This document shows positions 28,293-38,143 of a stretch of DNA of 64,000 nt, piece by piece (the first letter of the stretch is position 1; each line of letters starts with the position of its first letter). Below the pieces are notes generated by a model. That model was not told the DNA's origin and did no database searches. It was given only the letters and a program-made list of their open reading frames with translations. The DNA comes from an uncultured Gammaproteobacteria bacterium (GTDB taxonomy: Bacteria > Patescibacteriota > Microgenomatia > JALYQM01), in assembly GCA_964403585.1 (NCBI GenBank), contig CAYOFQ010000001.1, positions 584,630-648,629 on the forward strand. Direction: 5' to 3'. Made by a program: the position numbers and the translations under genes.

Positions 28293-28385
28293 GGAAATGG
28301 GTCGCAAGGCGCGGCGGTATGATTGATTGGTTGTGCATTGCACACCTCTCGTTCATGATGCCGATCCCTGCGACCCGAATTTCCC
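28292..28385. repeat. imperfect 18-20-bp inverted repeat (GGGAAATGGGTCGCAAGG ... CCCTGCGACCCGAATTTCCC) separated by about 55 nt, at the boundary of the GC-rich island
   Basis: Read directly. Contains an inner palindrome GTGCATTGCAC. Confidence 0.5.
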
Positions 28386-28407
28386 TGCCTACATTGCGAA
28401 TTGATTC

Positions 28408-29271
28408 CTACGGCTTGCTTGTTACCGAAAGGAAACGCCACCCCGATGGGCCTTGCGCCTCGTATTCGATCGCCTGCTTCGATGAGGGGATCATGGTCGG
28501 CCACGGGGCGGGCTTCAGCTGTACGACGACGCCGCGTAACACCTCGACGGTGATCATGCCCTTACCTGGCCCGTTCGTCTCATCGTACTGGATGAACAGA
28601 TCCCACGACATCAGTCGATTGGTCTGAGAGTCGAAGAACGACGTCGTGGCGAACTGAAAGGCGTCATCGGGGCCGGGCAAGTCATAGGCCGTGTACGTGT
28701 GGCTCGGCATCGAAATCTCGACACGCACACTTCCATATTTTCCGGCGAAAGTCGTGGTATGTGCCAACCACATCTTGTCGCAGAAGAAGATCTGCAGCTC
28801 ATACAAGCCGGCACAGGCATGCGGCGAGATGTGGATGTCCGGTGAGCTCTGGAAATAGTCGCTTGGGTCTGGGTTGTTAAACTGGATCACCTCGAACTTC
28901 TCGATCTCGAACGAAACGCCGTTTGGCGACTGAACGAAACCGAACGGCCCGTGTACTGGCGAATCCAGCAACTTCTTTTCGCTCTCGCCCTCGAACAGCT
29001 TTATCGACTGCGGCCAGGTGTTCGGGATGCCAAGGATTTGGTCAACTTCGATCTGTGTCGAAGGAAGGCGGTTCGCTGTTACGATCGCCTGCCAGTTGTT
29101 TGAGCCATGCTTCTCGGCTATCAGCCACAGACTATCGCCAGGTTTCACAGTGTAGCATTGCAGAAACTTCGTTAGGCAATCGTCCAGCGCGTTCGCAGCT
29201 CTTGCAGGAGCAGCAATCATCCCGGCGAGCAATAAAACGGCCAGGGCCAACAGCCAGCGATGCGTTTTCAT
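28408..29271 (-). CDS. secreted LysM-domain protein (high GC), distal gene of a tandem paralog pair
   Basis: Signal peptide MKTHRWLLALAVLLLAGMIAAPARA. LysM-like YTVKPGDSLWLIAEKHGSNNWQAIVTANRL. The start overlaps the stop of the upstream paralog by 4 nt. Confidence 0.55.
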   Translation of the reverse strand: MKTHRWLLALAVLLLAGMIAAPARAANALDDCLTKFLQCYTVKPGDSLWLIAEKHGSNNWQAIVTANRLPSTQIEVDQILGIPNTWPQSIKLFEGESEKKLLDSPVHGPFGFVQSPNGVSFEIEKFEVIQFNNPDPSDYFQSSPDIHISPHACAGLYELQIFFCDKMWLAHTTTFAGKYGSVRVEISMPSHTYTAYDLPGPDDAFQFATTSFFDSQTNRLMSWDLFIQYDETNGPGKGMITVEVLRGVVVQLKPAPWPTMIPSSKQAIEYEAQGPSGWRFLSVTSKP

Positions 29272-30173
29272 TTCGATCGTTCCTCCAGGATATCCTTGTT
29301 TGACATTCCATAAGCGCGCCAAGGTGTTGGCAACGAAGGTCGCAGCCACTCAACCTGTTTGTTCTCGACAAAGCCAGCGCGAACGTGGGAATTATGGAGC
29401 TGAGTCCTCGCCAGCCGTGTCCACACGAACGCGTGGAACCGTATCAGCACCGCACCATCGTCGGTATAGTTGGCCGCGAACGACCACGAATATACCGATG
29501 TCGTGCTTTCGTCGTAGAAACCGGAATCGTTCCAGTAGATCGGCTCCTCGTCTGCCGGGCGGATCTCTATCGGCTTCAAATCGAACGTGGGCATGTACAT
29601 GCCGACGCGTGATCCGAAGATGATCACCGGATTAGCGCGCAGAACGCCATTGCAGTAGCTGACGCCTGTCAGCTCGAGTGTATAGCACTCGTCGCTGCTC
29701 AAGTAGATGCTGACCAGCTCTAGCCCTTGGTCGTACTTATCGTTGAACCAGTTGTTCGTGCCTGGTTCGTGCCGAGCAGGGAATCCGACATGGGAATTCT
29801 CCTCGACGCGATAAACTGTGCCGTGCGGTGCGATGAAATAGTTCTGCCGATTCGTGGAGGCATCATCAAAGAGGTGTTGAAAGGCATAGGGTGCCATCCA
29901 TTCCAGCGGCCGGGGCGCACCAGTGGGAGCACACAAGGTCTGCCCAGGATGAAGAATAAAAGTCTTCAGGTTGTTCCTGGTCATCCAGCGTTCCCATCCA
30001 AATCCACCGAACTCTTGGTCAATACCCCATAGGGTCTGACCCTCGCGAACTGTAACGTCCGTGCAATTGGCGGTTTTGAAATCCGTCTTCTGAGCGGGCG
30101 CAGCTTGTGCAGCGCTTGAACCGATCACCAGACAGGTGACCAGAGCCAACAGTGGCAGCCATCGACGCTTCAT
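29268..30173 (-). CDS. secreted LysM-like protein (high GC), paralog of 28408..29271
   Basis: Signal peptide MKRRWLPLLALVTCLVIGSSAAQA. VTVREGQTLWGIDQ LysM-like segment. Start taken at the internal Met after removing a 67-aa spurious N-terminal extension. Confidence 0.55.
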   Translation of the reverse strand: MKRRWLPLLALVTCLVIGSSAAQAAPAQKTDFKTANCTDVTVREGQTLWGIDQEFGGFGWERWMTRNNLKTFILHPGQTLCAPTGAPRPLEWMAPYAFQHLFDDASTNRQNYFIAPHGTVYRVEENSHVGFPARHEPGTNNWFNDKYDQGLELVSIYLSSDECYTLELTGVSYCNGVLRANPVIIFGSRVGMYMPTFDLKPIEIRPADEEPIYWNDSGFYDESTTSVYSWSFAANYTDDGAVLIRFHAFVWTRLARTQLHNSHVRAGFVENKQVEWLRPSLPTPWRAYGMSNKDILEERSK

Positions 30174-30555
30174 TTTTTTTCTCCCACTATACATTGGTCG
30201 GCGAACCGGTCTTACCAAAAAGCAAAACAGGCTGGCCGACCAATATATATAGGAGTAATAATTTTCGCAATAAAGCAGGGAGTTTTTCTGATCACAAATT
30301 TCCGACAACAAACCAGCATAACCGAAATTATGCCGTTCACCGGCAGAAGAGTTTCTGACCAGAATACTCCCCACTAAGGTTTTTAATGTGCTACAGAGAA
30401 TAACAGGGTGTGATTAGGTACTAGATTTTGGATAATAATACTAAAGCGTATTAGTGCCATGGTGGTTCTCCTTTCATACTTTTACTTGTTTTATTTTTCG
30501 ATTGATAATTCGGGCAGCGCTCGCCGGGCGCAGACAGCTCGCGCTGCCCGAAGTC

Positions 30556-31137
30556 CTACACGGTGGTACCAGGGAACGGCATTCCCGAGCAACTGGCATC
30601 ATCAACGATGAGCAGATCTGCCAAGCCGTCGGAGTCGCCCGAGCCTTCGAAGTTGTCCAGACGATCGGTGACCATCACGAGCGTACCGCTCTGATTCGGT
30701 TGCATGACCTCCAGATCGTCAGTACCGCCCGAACAGGTTCGGAAGAAAACCTCACCGACCACCTGGTCTGCAGGGCTTCGGCCTTTGACGAGCCAGGCGG
30801 CATACTCAGAACCTTGGTCTGTCCAAGTCACCTCCAGCGTCATGAACCGCAGGTCTCCATAACCCGAAGGCCGCAGCGACGCCGAGCGCCCAACGTACTC
30901 CTGGAGTGCATCGACAGGCTTCGAGCCGATCCAGAACGCTCCCGGCGGGAGCTTGTTCTGCCACCCGTAGGGCGACAGATTCGCCAGCTCCCCGGCTTTG
31001 TACTGCGCGATGAGCTGCGCCTTCTCTTCATCCGCACGCACGCCGGAAATCGACGAGGTGACCCACGGCCCGATCGCCGCGGCACATGCCAACGCGATAA
31101 TTAACGCCAGCCAACCACGAGAGGGGAGCCTCACCAT
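30556..31137 (-). CDS. secreted hypothetical protein (high GC)
   Basis: Signal peptide MVRLPSRGWLALIIALACAAAIG. The antisense + ORF 30454..31104 is Arg-rich and judged spurious. Confidence 0.5.
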   Translation of the reverse strand: MVRLPSRGWLALIIALACAAAIGPWVTSSISGVRADEEKAQLIAQYKAGELANLSPYGWQNKLPPGAFWIGSKPVDALQEYVGRSASLRPSGYGDLRFMTLEVTWTDQGSEYAAWLVKGRSPADQVVGEVFFRTCSGGTDDLEVMQPNQSGTLVMVTDRLDNFEGSGDSDGLADLLIVDDASCSGMPFPGTTV

Positions 31138-31386
31138 TTCTTTGCCCTACCTTTCACTAGTGTTCAATCCGTTCGCGTACTTCGCGAAAGCTGAGAACGA
31201 CGATTCATTCCCACTTCTCGCGAAGGACGCATAAAAAACAAGTCTGTTATTCTCTGTTAAAGAACGTTTGATCGAGGCGACTAAAACGCCGCGTCGAACA
31301 CCTCACATTTTATCAGAATTGAGCTAAAAAGTAAACACTATAGGATAAATTAAAATCCTATAGTATTTGATTTTAGGACAGTTTTG

Positions 31387-31600
31387 TGGTATTATATAAG
31401 GTGCTCAGAGTGGCTTTGAGCTCATTTATGGGTTTATACCCATCTGAGCCTGAGTTCAGTTACTCTGAACTCGTACCTTAACAGAGAGTAACAGACAAGC
31501 AATAATTGTCTTCCCAATTGAGTTACCCGTTCTGAGCATAAAATAAACTTGTGCCTGGAAGGGGTAACTCAATACTCATCCGAAGCTGAAAGGAGCCGGA
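31387..31600 (+). promoter_or_regulatory. extended -10 promoter (TGgTATTAT) followed by a roughly 200-nt highly structured leader/ncRNA candidate upstream of the 31602 gene
   Basis: Nested hairpins (GCTCAGA/TCTGAGC, ATGGGTTTATACCCAT, GAGTTCAG-TTACT-CTGAACTC) and a long-range 12-bp helix ATTGAGTTACCC/GGGTAACTCAAT. An AGGAG RBS follows. Confidence 0.4.
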
Positions 31601-31601
31601 C

Positions 31602-31979
31602 ATGCTCATCTCGGAGCGTCGCATCCTGATCATCCGTACGCTGTTGGAAGTTGGTCGTTTTATCGCCAAGGTGGTTTCCGCCACCATCCTCGCCGTCGGG
31701 GTACTCAGTAAATTGCTGGAACTAGTTGTATTCGACATCATCCCGCACGTTTTGCAGCGGTATGAAAATTACGACAACCTGTTCCAGTTCTATAACGAGT
31801 ATCTCTTTCCCGCCGGGGAGGTCAACGAGTACCTGCAGAAGCTGCTGCTCGTCGCCGGTGTTGTATCCATTGGCATTCTGGCGTTAAGCTGGTATGCCCT
31901 CATCAAAGTGGAGGTAGAAAAACCGAACTACCAAGTGAACGTCACGCAGGTCAACAATGTTAATCCGCTGGACAAGTAG
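31602..31979 (+). CDS. small two-TM membrane protein (high GC)
   Basis: Proper AGGAG RBS. Two hydrophobic helices. Confidence 0.5.
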   Translation: MLISERRILIIRTLLEVGRFIAKVVSATILAVGVLSKLLELVVFDIIPHVLQRYENYDNLFQFYNEYLFPAGEVNEYLQKLLLVAGVVSIGILALSWYALIKVEVEKPNYQVNVTQVNNVNPLDK

Positions 31980-32005
31980 CAGAAACGAAAGGGGAACCCC
32001 ACATC

Positions 32006-32419
32006 ATGAAAGACATCAACGACACGATCATCATCTTGCCGGACGGGACGCGCACTACCTTTGGCGAGTTCATGTACTACAATCGGCGGAACCCGTACTT
32101 CGTGTTCGTTATATTCGCGTACAAGCTGGTGCGTGGCTTCGGCCCATTGGCTCCGATCATCATCATCGTTGGCAACCCTGAGCTAAAGGAGTGGACGTAC
32201 CCCTACGTCGTCGCGCTTCTGAAACGCTGCGAATGGTTCGCCGGCGTGGTTTTTGATACCCTCAACTACTACGGCTTCGAGCCAAGCTTGAAGCTCTTCG
32301 TCGGCATCGTCGCCGCCTGGTTGTTCTATAAGTACTCCCTGCGGTCGATGTATTCAGCCTTCGGCTACCTGTTCACAGAAATCCGCAAGGCCATGCCGCG
32401 TCGGAAACCCAACCAGTAG
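32006..32419 (+). CDS. small membrane protein (high GC), co-transcribed with 31602
   Basis: Two or three TM helices. Followed by a 12-bp-stem hairpin (GGGCAGGCGCTC/GAGCGTCTGCCC). Confidence 0.5.
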   Translation: MKDINDTIIILPDGTRTTFGEFMYYNRRNPYFVFVIFAYKLVRGFGPLAPIIIIVGNPELKEWTYPYVVALLKRCEWFAGVVFDTLNYYGFEPSLKLFVGIVAAWLFYKYSLRSMYSAFGYLFTEIRKAMPRRKPNQ

Positions 32420-32671
32420 CAGGTATTCCTCGAGGCAAGGGCAGGCGCTCACCAATTCCGAGCGTCTGCCCGGTGGGTATGACAAATTAAGATCTGCTTG
32501 TAAAAGCAGAAGAAAGGTTGAAGACCTTGAAGCGATACGCTTTAGTATCTCCCTCCATTTTTTCTTACCAATTTTTCGCCCTGTTACTCTCTGACTGTTT
32601 TTGCCATATAAACAATCTCTTTTCCCCCTATCCTAAGCAAGAAAAAGTAATATATAGTATAATCAAAACCT

Positions 32672-33844
32672 ATGGTTATTGCCGTGATTTTGCCTACCTA
32701 TAATGAGCAGGACAATATCTCCGAAATGGTAGATCGTGTGCTCAAGCAGCAGGAGTTCTTACCTCAGGATACCCTGCACGTTGTCGTATCCGACAGCCAT
32801 TCTCGCGACAAGACCGCCGAGGTGGTTAATGGACTTGCGCAGAAAAATCCGCATGTGCATTATTTGGACGTACTGGAGCGCGGTATTGGAATTGGTATTA
32901 TTAAAGGCTATCAGTGGGCAATTGCCAATCTTAAGGCTGATATCCTGGTTTCTCTCGATGCCGATCTTTCGCACCCTCCCGAAATTATTCCGCAAATGAT
33001 TGCCAAAATCAAAGAAGGGTATGACTGGGTTATCGGTTCGCGCTACGCGCCGGGTGGAGAAAATAATCTCCAGCCGTATCGGGTATTTCTTTCCTGGGCA
33101 GCAAATCAGTTTTCCCGCTTTGTCATGGGCGTCTATTCCTTAAAAGAATTTACCGCCAGCTACCGCGCCTTGACCAGACAGATGTTTGAAAAAGTTGATC
33201 TCAACAATATTCCCTGGCAGGCCAAGAGTTATGTGATTCAGCCTTCTTTTGCCTATGAACTCGTAAGCAAAGGCGCCAAATTCGTGGAAGTTCCGATGGT
33301 CTTTACGGATCGCCGCAGTGGCCGCTCAAAAATGAGCACGTATTTATATACCAAGGAATTAATTCAGTTTGCTCTGAAAGTACGCGTACAGAAATCCAAG
33401 CAGTTTATTAAATTTTTAATGGTGGGTGGAACCGGGTTTCTGATTAACTTTATCGGATTGAATGTGTTCTGGCATATTTTTGGTATGCCCGAACAGGTTG
33501 CATCCAGTCTTGGTGCCGAAATCGCTATTATTTCCAATTTCTTTTTAAACAATTACTGGACTTTTAAACACAAGCGGATCGAGCAGGGGAATATGGTATT
33601 AAAATTTCTCCAGTTCAATCTCTCGTCATTTGGCGCAATCGTCATTCAGTTTGTCGTCATCTATTTGGGAAAACACTTCATTACGCCACTATTCAAAGTT
33701 GCGGCAGATACCCCGACTGCGGATATCCTCATTTATCTGTACTTTATCATCGCTGTTGGAATCGGGCTGGTATATAATTACATAATGTACAGTCGCGTAA
33801 TTTGGAAAAAGTCAGGTTCAGAGGCTCACGTAGCCAGTAGATAA
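32672..33844 (+). CDS. GT2 polyprenyl-phosphate sugar synthase (DPM1/GtrB-like) fused to a C-terminal GtrA-like domain
   Basis: N-terminal LPTYNE...DxD GT-A fold motifs. C-terminal four-TM GtrA-like segment (FLMVGGTGFLINF...NNYWTFKHK). Confidence 0.8.
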   Translation: MVIAVILPTYNEQDNISEMVDRVLKQQEFLPQDTLHVVVSDSHSRDKTAEVVNGLAQKNPHVHYLDVLERGIGIGIIKGYQWAIANLKADILVSLDADLSHPPEIIPQMIAKIKEGYDWVIGSRYAPGGENNLQPYRVFLSWAANQFSRFVMGVYSLKEFTASYRALTRQMFEKVDLNNIPWQAKSYVIQPSFAYELVSKGAKFVEVPMVFTDRRSGRSKMSTYLYTKELIQFALKVRVQKSKQFIKFLMVGGTGFLINFIGLNVFWHIFGMPEQVASSLGAEIAIISNFFLNNYWTFKHKRIEQGNMVLKFLQFNLSSFGAIVIQFVVIYLGKHFITPLFKVAADTPTADILIYLYFIIAVGIGLVYNYIMYSRVIWKKSGSEAHVASR

Positions 33845-33862
33845 AAATAAGAGTGCGTTATT

Positions 33863-34561
33863 ATGAATAAACTTCCGGAACTCTCCGTATTCTTTCCTGC
33901 CTACAATGAAGAACATAACATTGAACAGACAGTCTCACGGGCTGTTCTCGAATGCGAAAAAATTGCCGATCGCTACGAAATAATAATTGTTAATGACGGC
34001 AGCAGGGACCGGACCGGCGAGATAGTTGATCAGCTGGCACAACGAAATCCAAATATAAAAATAATTACCCATAATCCGAACCGCGGATATGGGGGAGCCC
34101 TGAAGTCCGGCATGTACGCCGCCAGGTATAAATATATAACCTTCAACGATAGTGATGGTCAATTTGATTTCTCTCAAATCGAGCGGTTTTTGCCGTTCAT
34201 TGACACCTATGACCTGGTTATTGGCTATCGTGAGAAACGGATTGAAGGATTTCGACGGTTAATCAATGCGAAAGCCTGGAGTTTTCTGATCAATTTATTA
34301 TTCAGACTCCATGTTAAGGATATTGATTGCGCGTTTAAATTCTTCAAGAAGGACGTGATCGATAAAATCCCGCCGTTGCAGTCGGAAGGCGCACTCATCT
34401 CAACAGAGTTTTTAGTTAAAGCCAAACGGGCCGGATTTAAAGTCAAAGAAGTACCGGTTGATCATTTACCACGTAAAGGTGGCACGCCCACCGGTGCCAA
34501 TATTAAAGTAATTATCAAAGCCTTCTACGAACTGTTTAAACTGTGGAGGAAAATAAGATAG
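33863..34561 (+). CDS. GT2 glycosyltransferase, dolichyl/polyprenyl-phosphate glycosyltransferase-like
   Basis: FFPAYNEE...IIIVNDGSRD...DSD GT2 motifs, soluble, 232 aa. Confidence 0.8.
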   Translation: MNKLPELSVFFPAYNEEHNIEQTVSRAVLECEKIADRYEIIIVNDGSRDRTGEIVDQLAQRNPNIKIITHNPNRGYGGALKSGMYAARYKYITFNDSDGQFDFSQIERFLPFIDTYDLVIGYREKRIEGFRRLINAKAWSFLINLLFRLHVKDIDCAFKFFKKDVIDKIPPLQSEGALISTEFLVKAKRAGFKVKEVPVDHLPRKGGTPTGANIKVIIKAFYELFKLWRKIR

Positions 34562-34567
34562 CTGCCT

Positions 34568-36253
34568 ATGAAGAGAATCAAACAATTCTTTTTCCAGAAT
34601 AAAATTGAATCGCTGCTCATTATCATCATTCTTTTCTTTGCAGCCTACATTCGACTCGATCAAATCCGCGACTACCAGGTGTTTCTTGGCGATCAGGGAC
34701 GGGACGTACTGACAGTCAAACGTATGCTCGTTGATCATGACATGACCTTTTTAGGGCCAACCTCTTCAGTCGGAGGTTTTTTCCTCGGCCCGTTTTATTA
34801 TTACTTAATGGCCCTGCCACTCGCACTTTCAAACCTGGACCCGGTTGGACCAGCCGTCATGGTCGCATTATTTAGCGTGGCTACCACCTGGCTGGTGTAC
34901 TCATTCGGTCGCCGGTTCTTTTCCCGGGAAGCCGGTATTATTGCCGGAGCGTTATTTGCCGCGTCACGCCTGGTGATCGAGTACGCCCGTTCTTCCTGGA
35001 ATCCCAATGTCTTACCGTTTTTTAGTATGCTGATGGTTTACATGCTGGCACTATTGCTTGAAGGCAAGACCAGGCATAAAAACTTCGTTCTGTTTGTTAT
35101 CGGCGCCTGTATGGGCATAATAATTCAGCTGCATTATGCGGTATGGGGAATGTATGTTTTTGCCTTATTGATGTATATCCTGTATTGCTGGAAAGAAACG
35201 TTCCGGCACCACGCATTTCGAATCTATGATCGCATTAAAGAACTCTTCCTGATGGGATTGGGTTTTGGCGTATTCTTAGGACCGTTCATCGCTTTTGAAA
35301 TATATCACGGATTCCCCAACACGATGAACATCTTCAGATTTGTCTTTTATAATCGCGGCGGCGGGTTCAGCGGCGGGTATACCTACGAATTCATTGTCCG
35401 TGACACGGTGTACCGTTTATTTTTACGCTTAGTTGCCGGAGGGAGCGATACATTAGCAATGATCGCTATACTAATCTCCCTGATGGGACTCATTTTCGCC
35501 GGGTATCTTTTCCTGTCCCGATTCTATACCTACGGCAAAATCAAGGGCCGTTCCGGTTCTTTCTCCACCGACCTCTCCGAATTTACCTACATTGTATTTA
35601 ATATGGCCAATGGCGTCGGCTATGTAAGTTTAGTCGCCTGGTTACTCTGTGGAGTAATGTTGTGGGGCTTCTATAAAAAATCTATCTATGACTACTACTA
35701 TTCTTATATGTATGCGTTGCCAATCTTACTTCTCGCTGCTGCACTGGGCTTATTAATGCATTTGAACAGTCGGCGGCTCAAGGCCAGAGAGAATCATCAT
35801 GGTACCCTACGGACAATTGCGACAGTTGCTTCAATTGGATTAGTGCTTGTGCTGGTCGTGAACAATTATCGTTCACTAAAAACGACACACCCCGGCATGC
35901 AGGTCAAAAGAGCACAGTGGGTTGCCGAAGCAGTGCTTAAACACAAAGGACCGGGGCCATATAATTTTGCCTTGATTACACCGGGAAACTCCGACCACGC
36001 GTATCGCTACTTTCTGGAAATTTGGGGATATAAACCAATGACACTGGAGGAAGAAGTCACCTCCCAGTTAATGGTGTTTTGCGAGCCCGATGTGCGCCCC
36101 TGTGAGCCTGAAGGCAACTCCCTCTGGGAAGTAGCCGGCTTTGGTCCGTCCTCAATTGTTGGACAATGGGAAGTAATTGGGTTACCCTTGTATAGATTGG
36201 AACATAACGAGTCATCCAAGTATATGGAAGGTAAACCTGCCAAGAAAGGGTAG
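34568..36253 (+). CDS. GT-C glycosyltransferase, ArnT/PMT-like (GT39/GT83 family)
   Basis: About thirteen TM segments. First loop DQGRD...V acidic motif. Overall ArnT-like topology. Confidence 0.65.
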   Translation: MKRIKQFFFQNKIESLLIIIILFFAAYIRLDQIRDYQVFLGDQGRDVLTVKRMLVDHDMTFLGPTSSVGGFFLGPFYYYLMALPLALSNLDPVGPAVMVALFSVATTWLVYSFGRRFFSREAGIIAGALFAASRLVIEYARSSWNPNVLPFFSMLMVYMLALLLEGKTRHKNFVLFVIGACMGIIIQLHYAVWGMYVFALLMYILYCWKETFRHHAFRIYDRIKELFLMGLGFGVFLGPFIAFEIYHGFPNTMNIFRFVFYNRGGGFSGGYTYEFIVRDTVYRLFLRLVAGGSDTLAMIAILISLMGLIFAGYLFLSRFYTYGKIKGRSGSFSTDLSEFTYIVFNMANGVGYVSLVAWLLCGVMLWGFYKKSIYDYYYSYMYALPILLLAAALGLLMHLNSRRLKARENHHGTLRTIATVASIGLVLVLVVNNYRSLKTTHPGMQVKRAQWVAEAVLKHKGPGPYNFALITPGNSDHAYRYFLEIWGYKPMTLEEEVTSQLMVFCEPDVRPCEPEGNSLWEVAGFGPSSIVGQWEVIGLPLYRLEHNESSKYMEGKPAKKG

Positions 36254-36260
36254 CAGAGGT

Positions 36261-37007
36261 ATGTATTTAAGTGTCATAATTCCTTGCTATAACGAAGAAA
36301 CCAATATCCGGAATGGTGTACTGTACGTCGTTACCGAATATCTGGATAAGCAACCATATGATAAAGAAGTCATTATCGTTGACGATGGCAGTGAGGATAA
36401 AAGTGTCGAACTGGCTGAAAAATTTATCCAAAGTTCCGGCTGCAAATATATGCGCGTTTTGAGAAATCCACACGGTGGAAAAGCCGCGACTGTCATTTCG
36501 GGATTACGCGAGGGAAAAGGGGAGATTGTCATGTTTACCGACATGGATCAGGCAACCCCGATTGTTGAACTGGAAAAACTCTTGCCGTTTTTTAAAGAAG
36601 GGTACGACATCGTGTTCGGCTCACGAGCCGGCCGTCGCGAAGGTGCACCGCTCACCAGAAAAATTCTCAGTACCGGTCACATGATTATGAAAAATTTAAT
36701 TGTTAATGTTAATTTCAAAGACACACAGTGTGGGTTTAAAGCTTTTCGGCGGGATAAAATTGATGGTCTCCTTGAACGTCTGAAGATTCACGGGAAACGG
36801 CAGCAGGTCAAAGGCGGGATGGTTGCCTCCGGATTCGATCTGGAAATGCTTTTTGTTGCCAAAAAAATGGGATATAAAATAAAGGAAGTTCCGGTAGAGT
36901 GGCATTATGTTGGAACAAAGCGGGTCAATGCGATCAAAGATTCATGGCGTGGTATCAAAGATATGATCAATTTGCGGCTCAATGATATCAAAGGCGTTTA
37001 TAACTAG
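36261..37007 (+). CDS. GT2 polyprenyl-phosphate sugar synthase-like glycosyltransferase
   Basis: VIIPCYNEE...IIVDDGSED...DMD motifs. The start was moved to the internal ATG just after the upstream stop. Confidence 0.8.
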   Translation: MYLSVIIPCYNEETNIRNGVLYVVTEYLDKQPYDKEVIIVDDGSEDKSVELAEKFIQSSGCKYMRVLRNPHGGKAATVISGLREGKGEIVMFTDMDQATPIVELEKLLPFFKEGYDIVFGSRAGRREGAPLTRKILSTGHMIMKNLIVNVNFKDTQCGFKAFRRDKIDGLLERLKIHGKRQQVKGGMVASGFDLEMLFVAKKMGYKIKEVPVEWHYVGTKRVNAIKDSWRGIKDMINLRLNDIKGVYN

Positions 37008-37008
37008 T

Positions 37009-38124
37009 ATGAAAAAAATCCTCTTAATAAGCTGGGTCTGTACGATGATTGCCTTAACGCTGCTCTCGTATACTCAGGTGGATTTGAATCTTACCCTGCT
37101 GAATTGGCAGCCGTATCTTGATCTTCAAAAACAATTCACTCAACTGGGGTATTTTAATCGCCCGCTCAATGGTCTCTTATTTTTACTCCTCTTCGGGGCG
37201 CTGGCTGCCGGCTACCTCGCTTTAATCAAGTCGGCGCATGCCGGCTGGCTGACGTTTTCCGAGTTGATGAAATTGGCCGTGCTAAGCTGCGGTATTTTAT
37301 TCTTTTCCTACTCGGTTTTTTCTCACGACATTTTTAATTACATTTTTGACGCCAGAATAATTACCATGTACCAGCAAAATCCGTATGAACACAAAGCGCT
37401 CGACTACCCTCACGATGAATGGATACGCTTTATGCAGTGGACGCACCGCAATTATCCGTATGGTCCGAGCTGGTTACTGCTAACAGTTATTCCTTCGTTC
37501 CTCGGGTTTGGCAAGCTCCTGCCAACGTATTTCTTATTTAAAGCGATGTTTGCCGGCGCGTACCTGCTATTGATTCGGTATACGCAAAAAATTCTTGAGC
37601 TACGCAAAAGTAACGGGCGTACCGCTGCAGTGAGCCTGGCGCTGCTGGCGTTTAATCCGCTGATCCTTGTAGACGGGCTTGTTTCATCCCGAATTGATCT
37701 GGTTATGGCGGCCTTAGCATTTTTGGCCATCTATTATCATATACGTACGGCTTCCGGGCAGGCGCATAAGGTCAAGAGCGATCGTTTGACGTATTTCTGG
37801 CTACTGCTTTCGGGCGGCACTAAGTTTGCTACCCTGGGCTTTTTACCCGTCTTTTTTGCAGGGTATCATAAACTGAAAGATGAAAAATGGTTCGCGGCCT
37901 TATTTACGCTCGCGGCAATAACGGTACCGATGCAAATCTATTTGCGGGGTCTGCAACCATGGTATTTTATCCTTCCATTAACATTATTGCCATTCATGTA
38001 TCCGTACTGGCGACTGCGTACCATCGTTATTGTCACCTTCATCATGCTGCTGCCAATGTCAACGTATCTCCATTTCATCTATACCGGCATCTCCAAAGAT
38101 GCATTGTGGTTTCTTTTTCCATAG
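37009..38124 (+). CDS. polytopic membrane protein (possible GT-C/DUF2029-like glycosyltransferase)
   Basis: About ten TM segments. No soluble domain. Confidence 0.45.
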   Translation: MKKILLISWVCTMIALTLLSYTQVDLNLTLLNWQPYLDLQKQFTQLGYFNRPLNGLLFLLLFGALAAGYLALIKSAHAGWLTFSELMKLAVLSCGILFFSYSVFSHDIFNYIFDARIITMYQQNPYEHKALDYPHDEWIRFMQWTHRNYPYGPSWLLLTVIPSFLGFGKLLPTYFLFKAMFAGAYLLLIRYTQKILELRKSNGRTAAVSLALLAFNPLILVDGLVSSRIDLVMAALAFLAIYYHIRTASGQAHKVKSDRLTYFWLLLSGGTKFATLGFLPVFFAGYHKLKDEKWFAALFTLAAITVPMQIYLRGLQPWYFILPLTLLPFMYPYWRLRTIVIVTFIMLLPMSTYLHFIYTGISKDALWFLFP

Positions 38125-38143
38125 TTGATATAATAGAACATAC

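Noticed and set aside
28319-28627. 102-aa plus-strand ORF beginning inside the inverted repeat at the island boundary
   Set aside because: Overlaps the LysM gene on the opposite strand and starts within a hairpin. Arg/Pro-rich composition typical of spurious high-GC ORFs.
28923-29303. 126-aa plus-strand ORF antisense to the LysM secreted-protein gene
   Set aside because: Arg/Ser-rich antisense translation. The minus-strand ORFs have signal peptides and operon-like overlaps.
30454-31104. 216-aa plus-strand ORF antisense to the secreted protein 30556..31137
   Set aside because: Extremely Arg-rich (RRRAPN, RRGDPRPDRRG), with no RBS. The minus-strand ORF has a clean signal peptide.
32518-32703. 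61-aa ORF upstream of the GT2-GtrA gene
   Set aside because: No translation signals and it overlaps the start of the real gene. It lies in the AT-rich promoter region.
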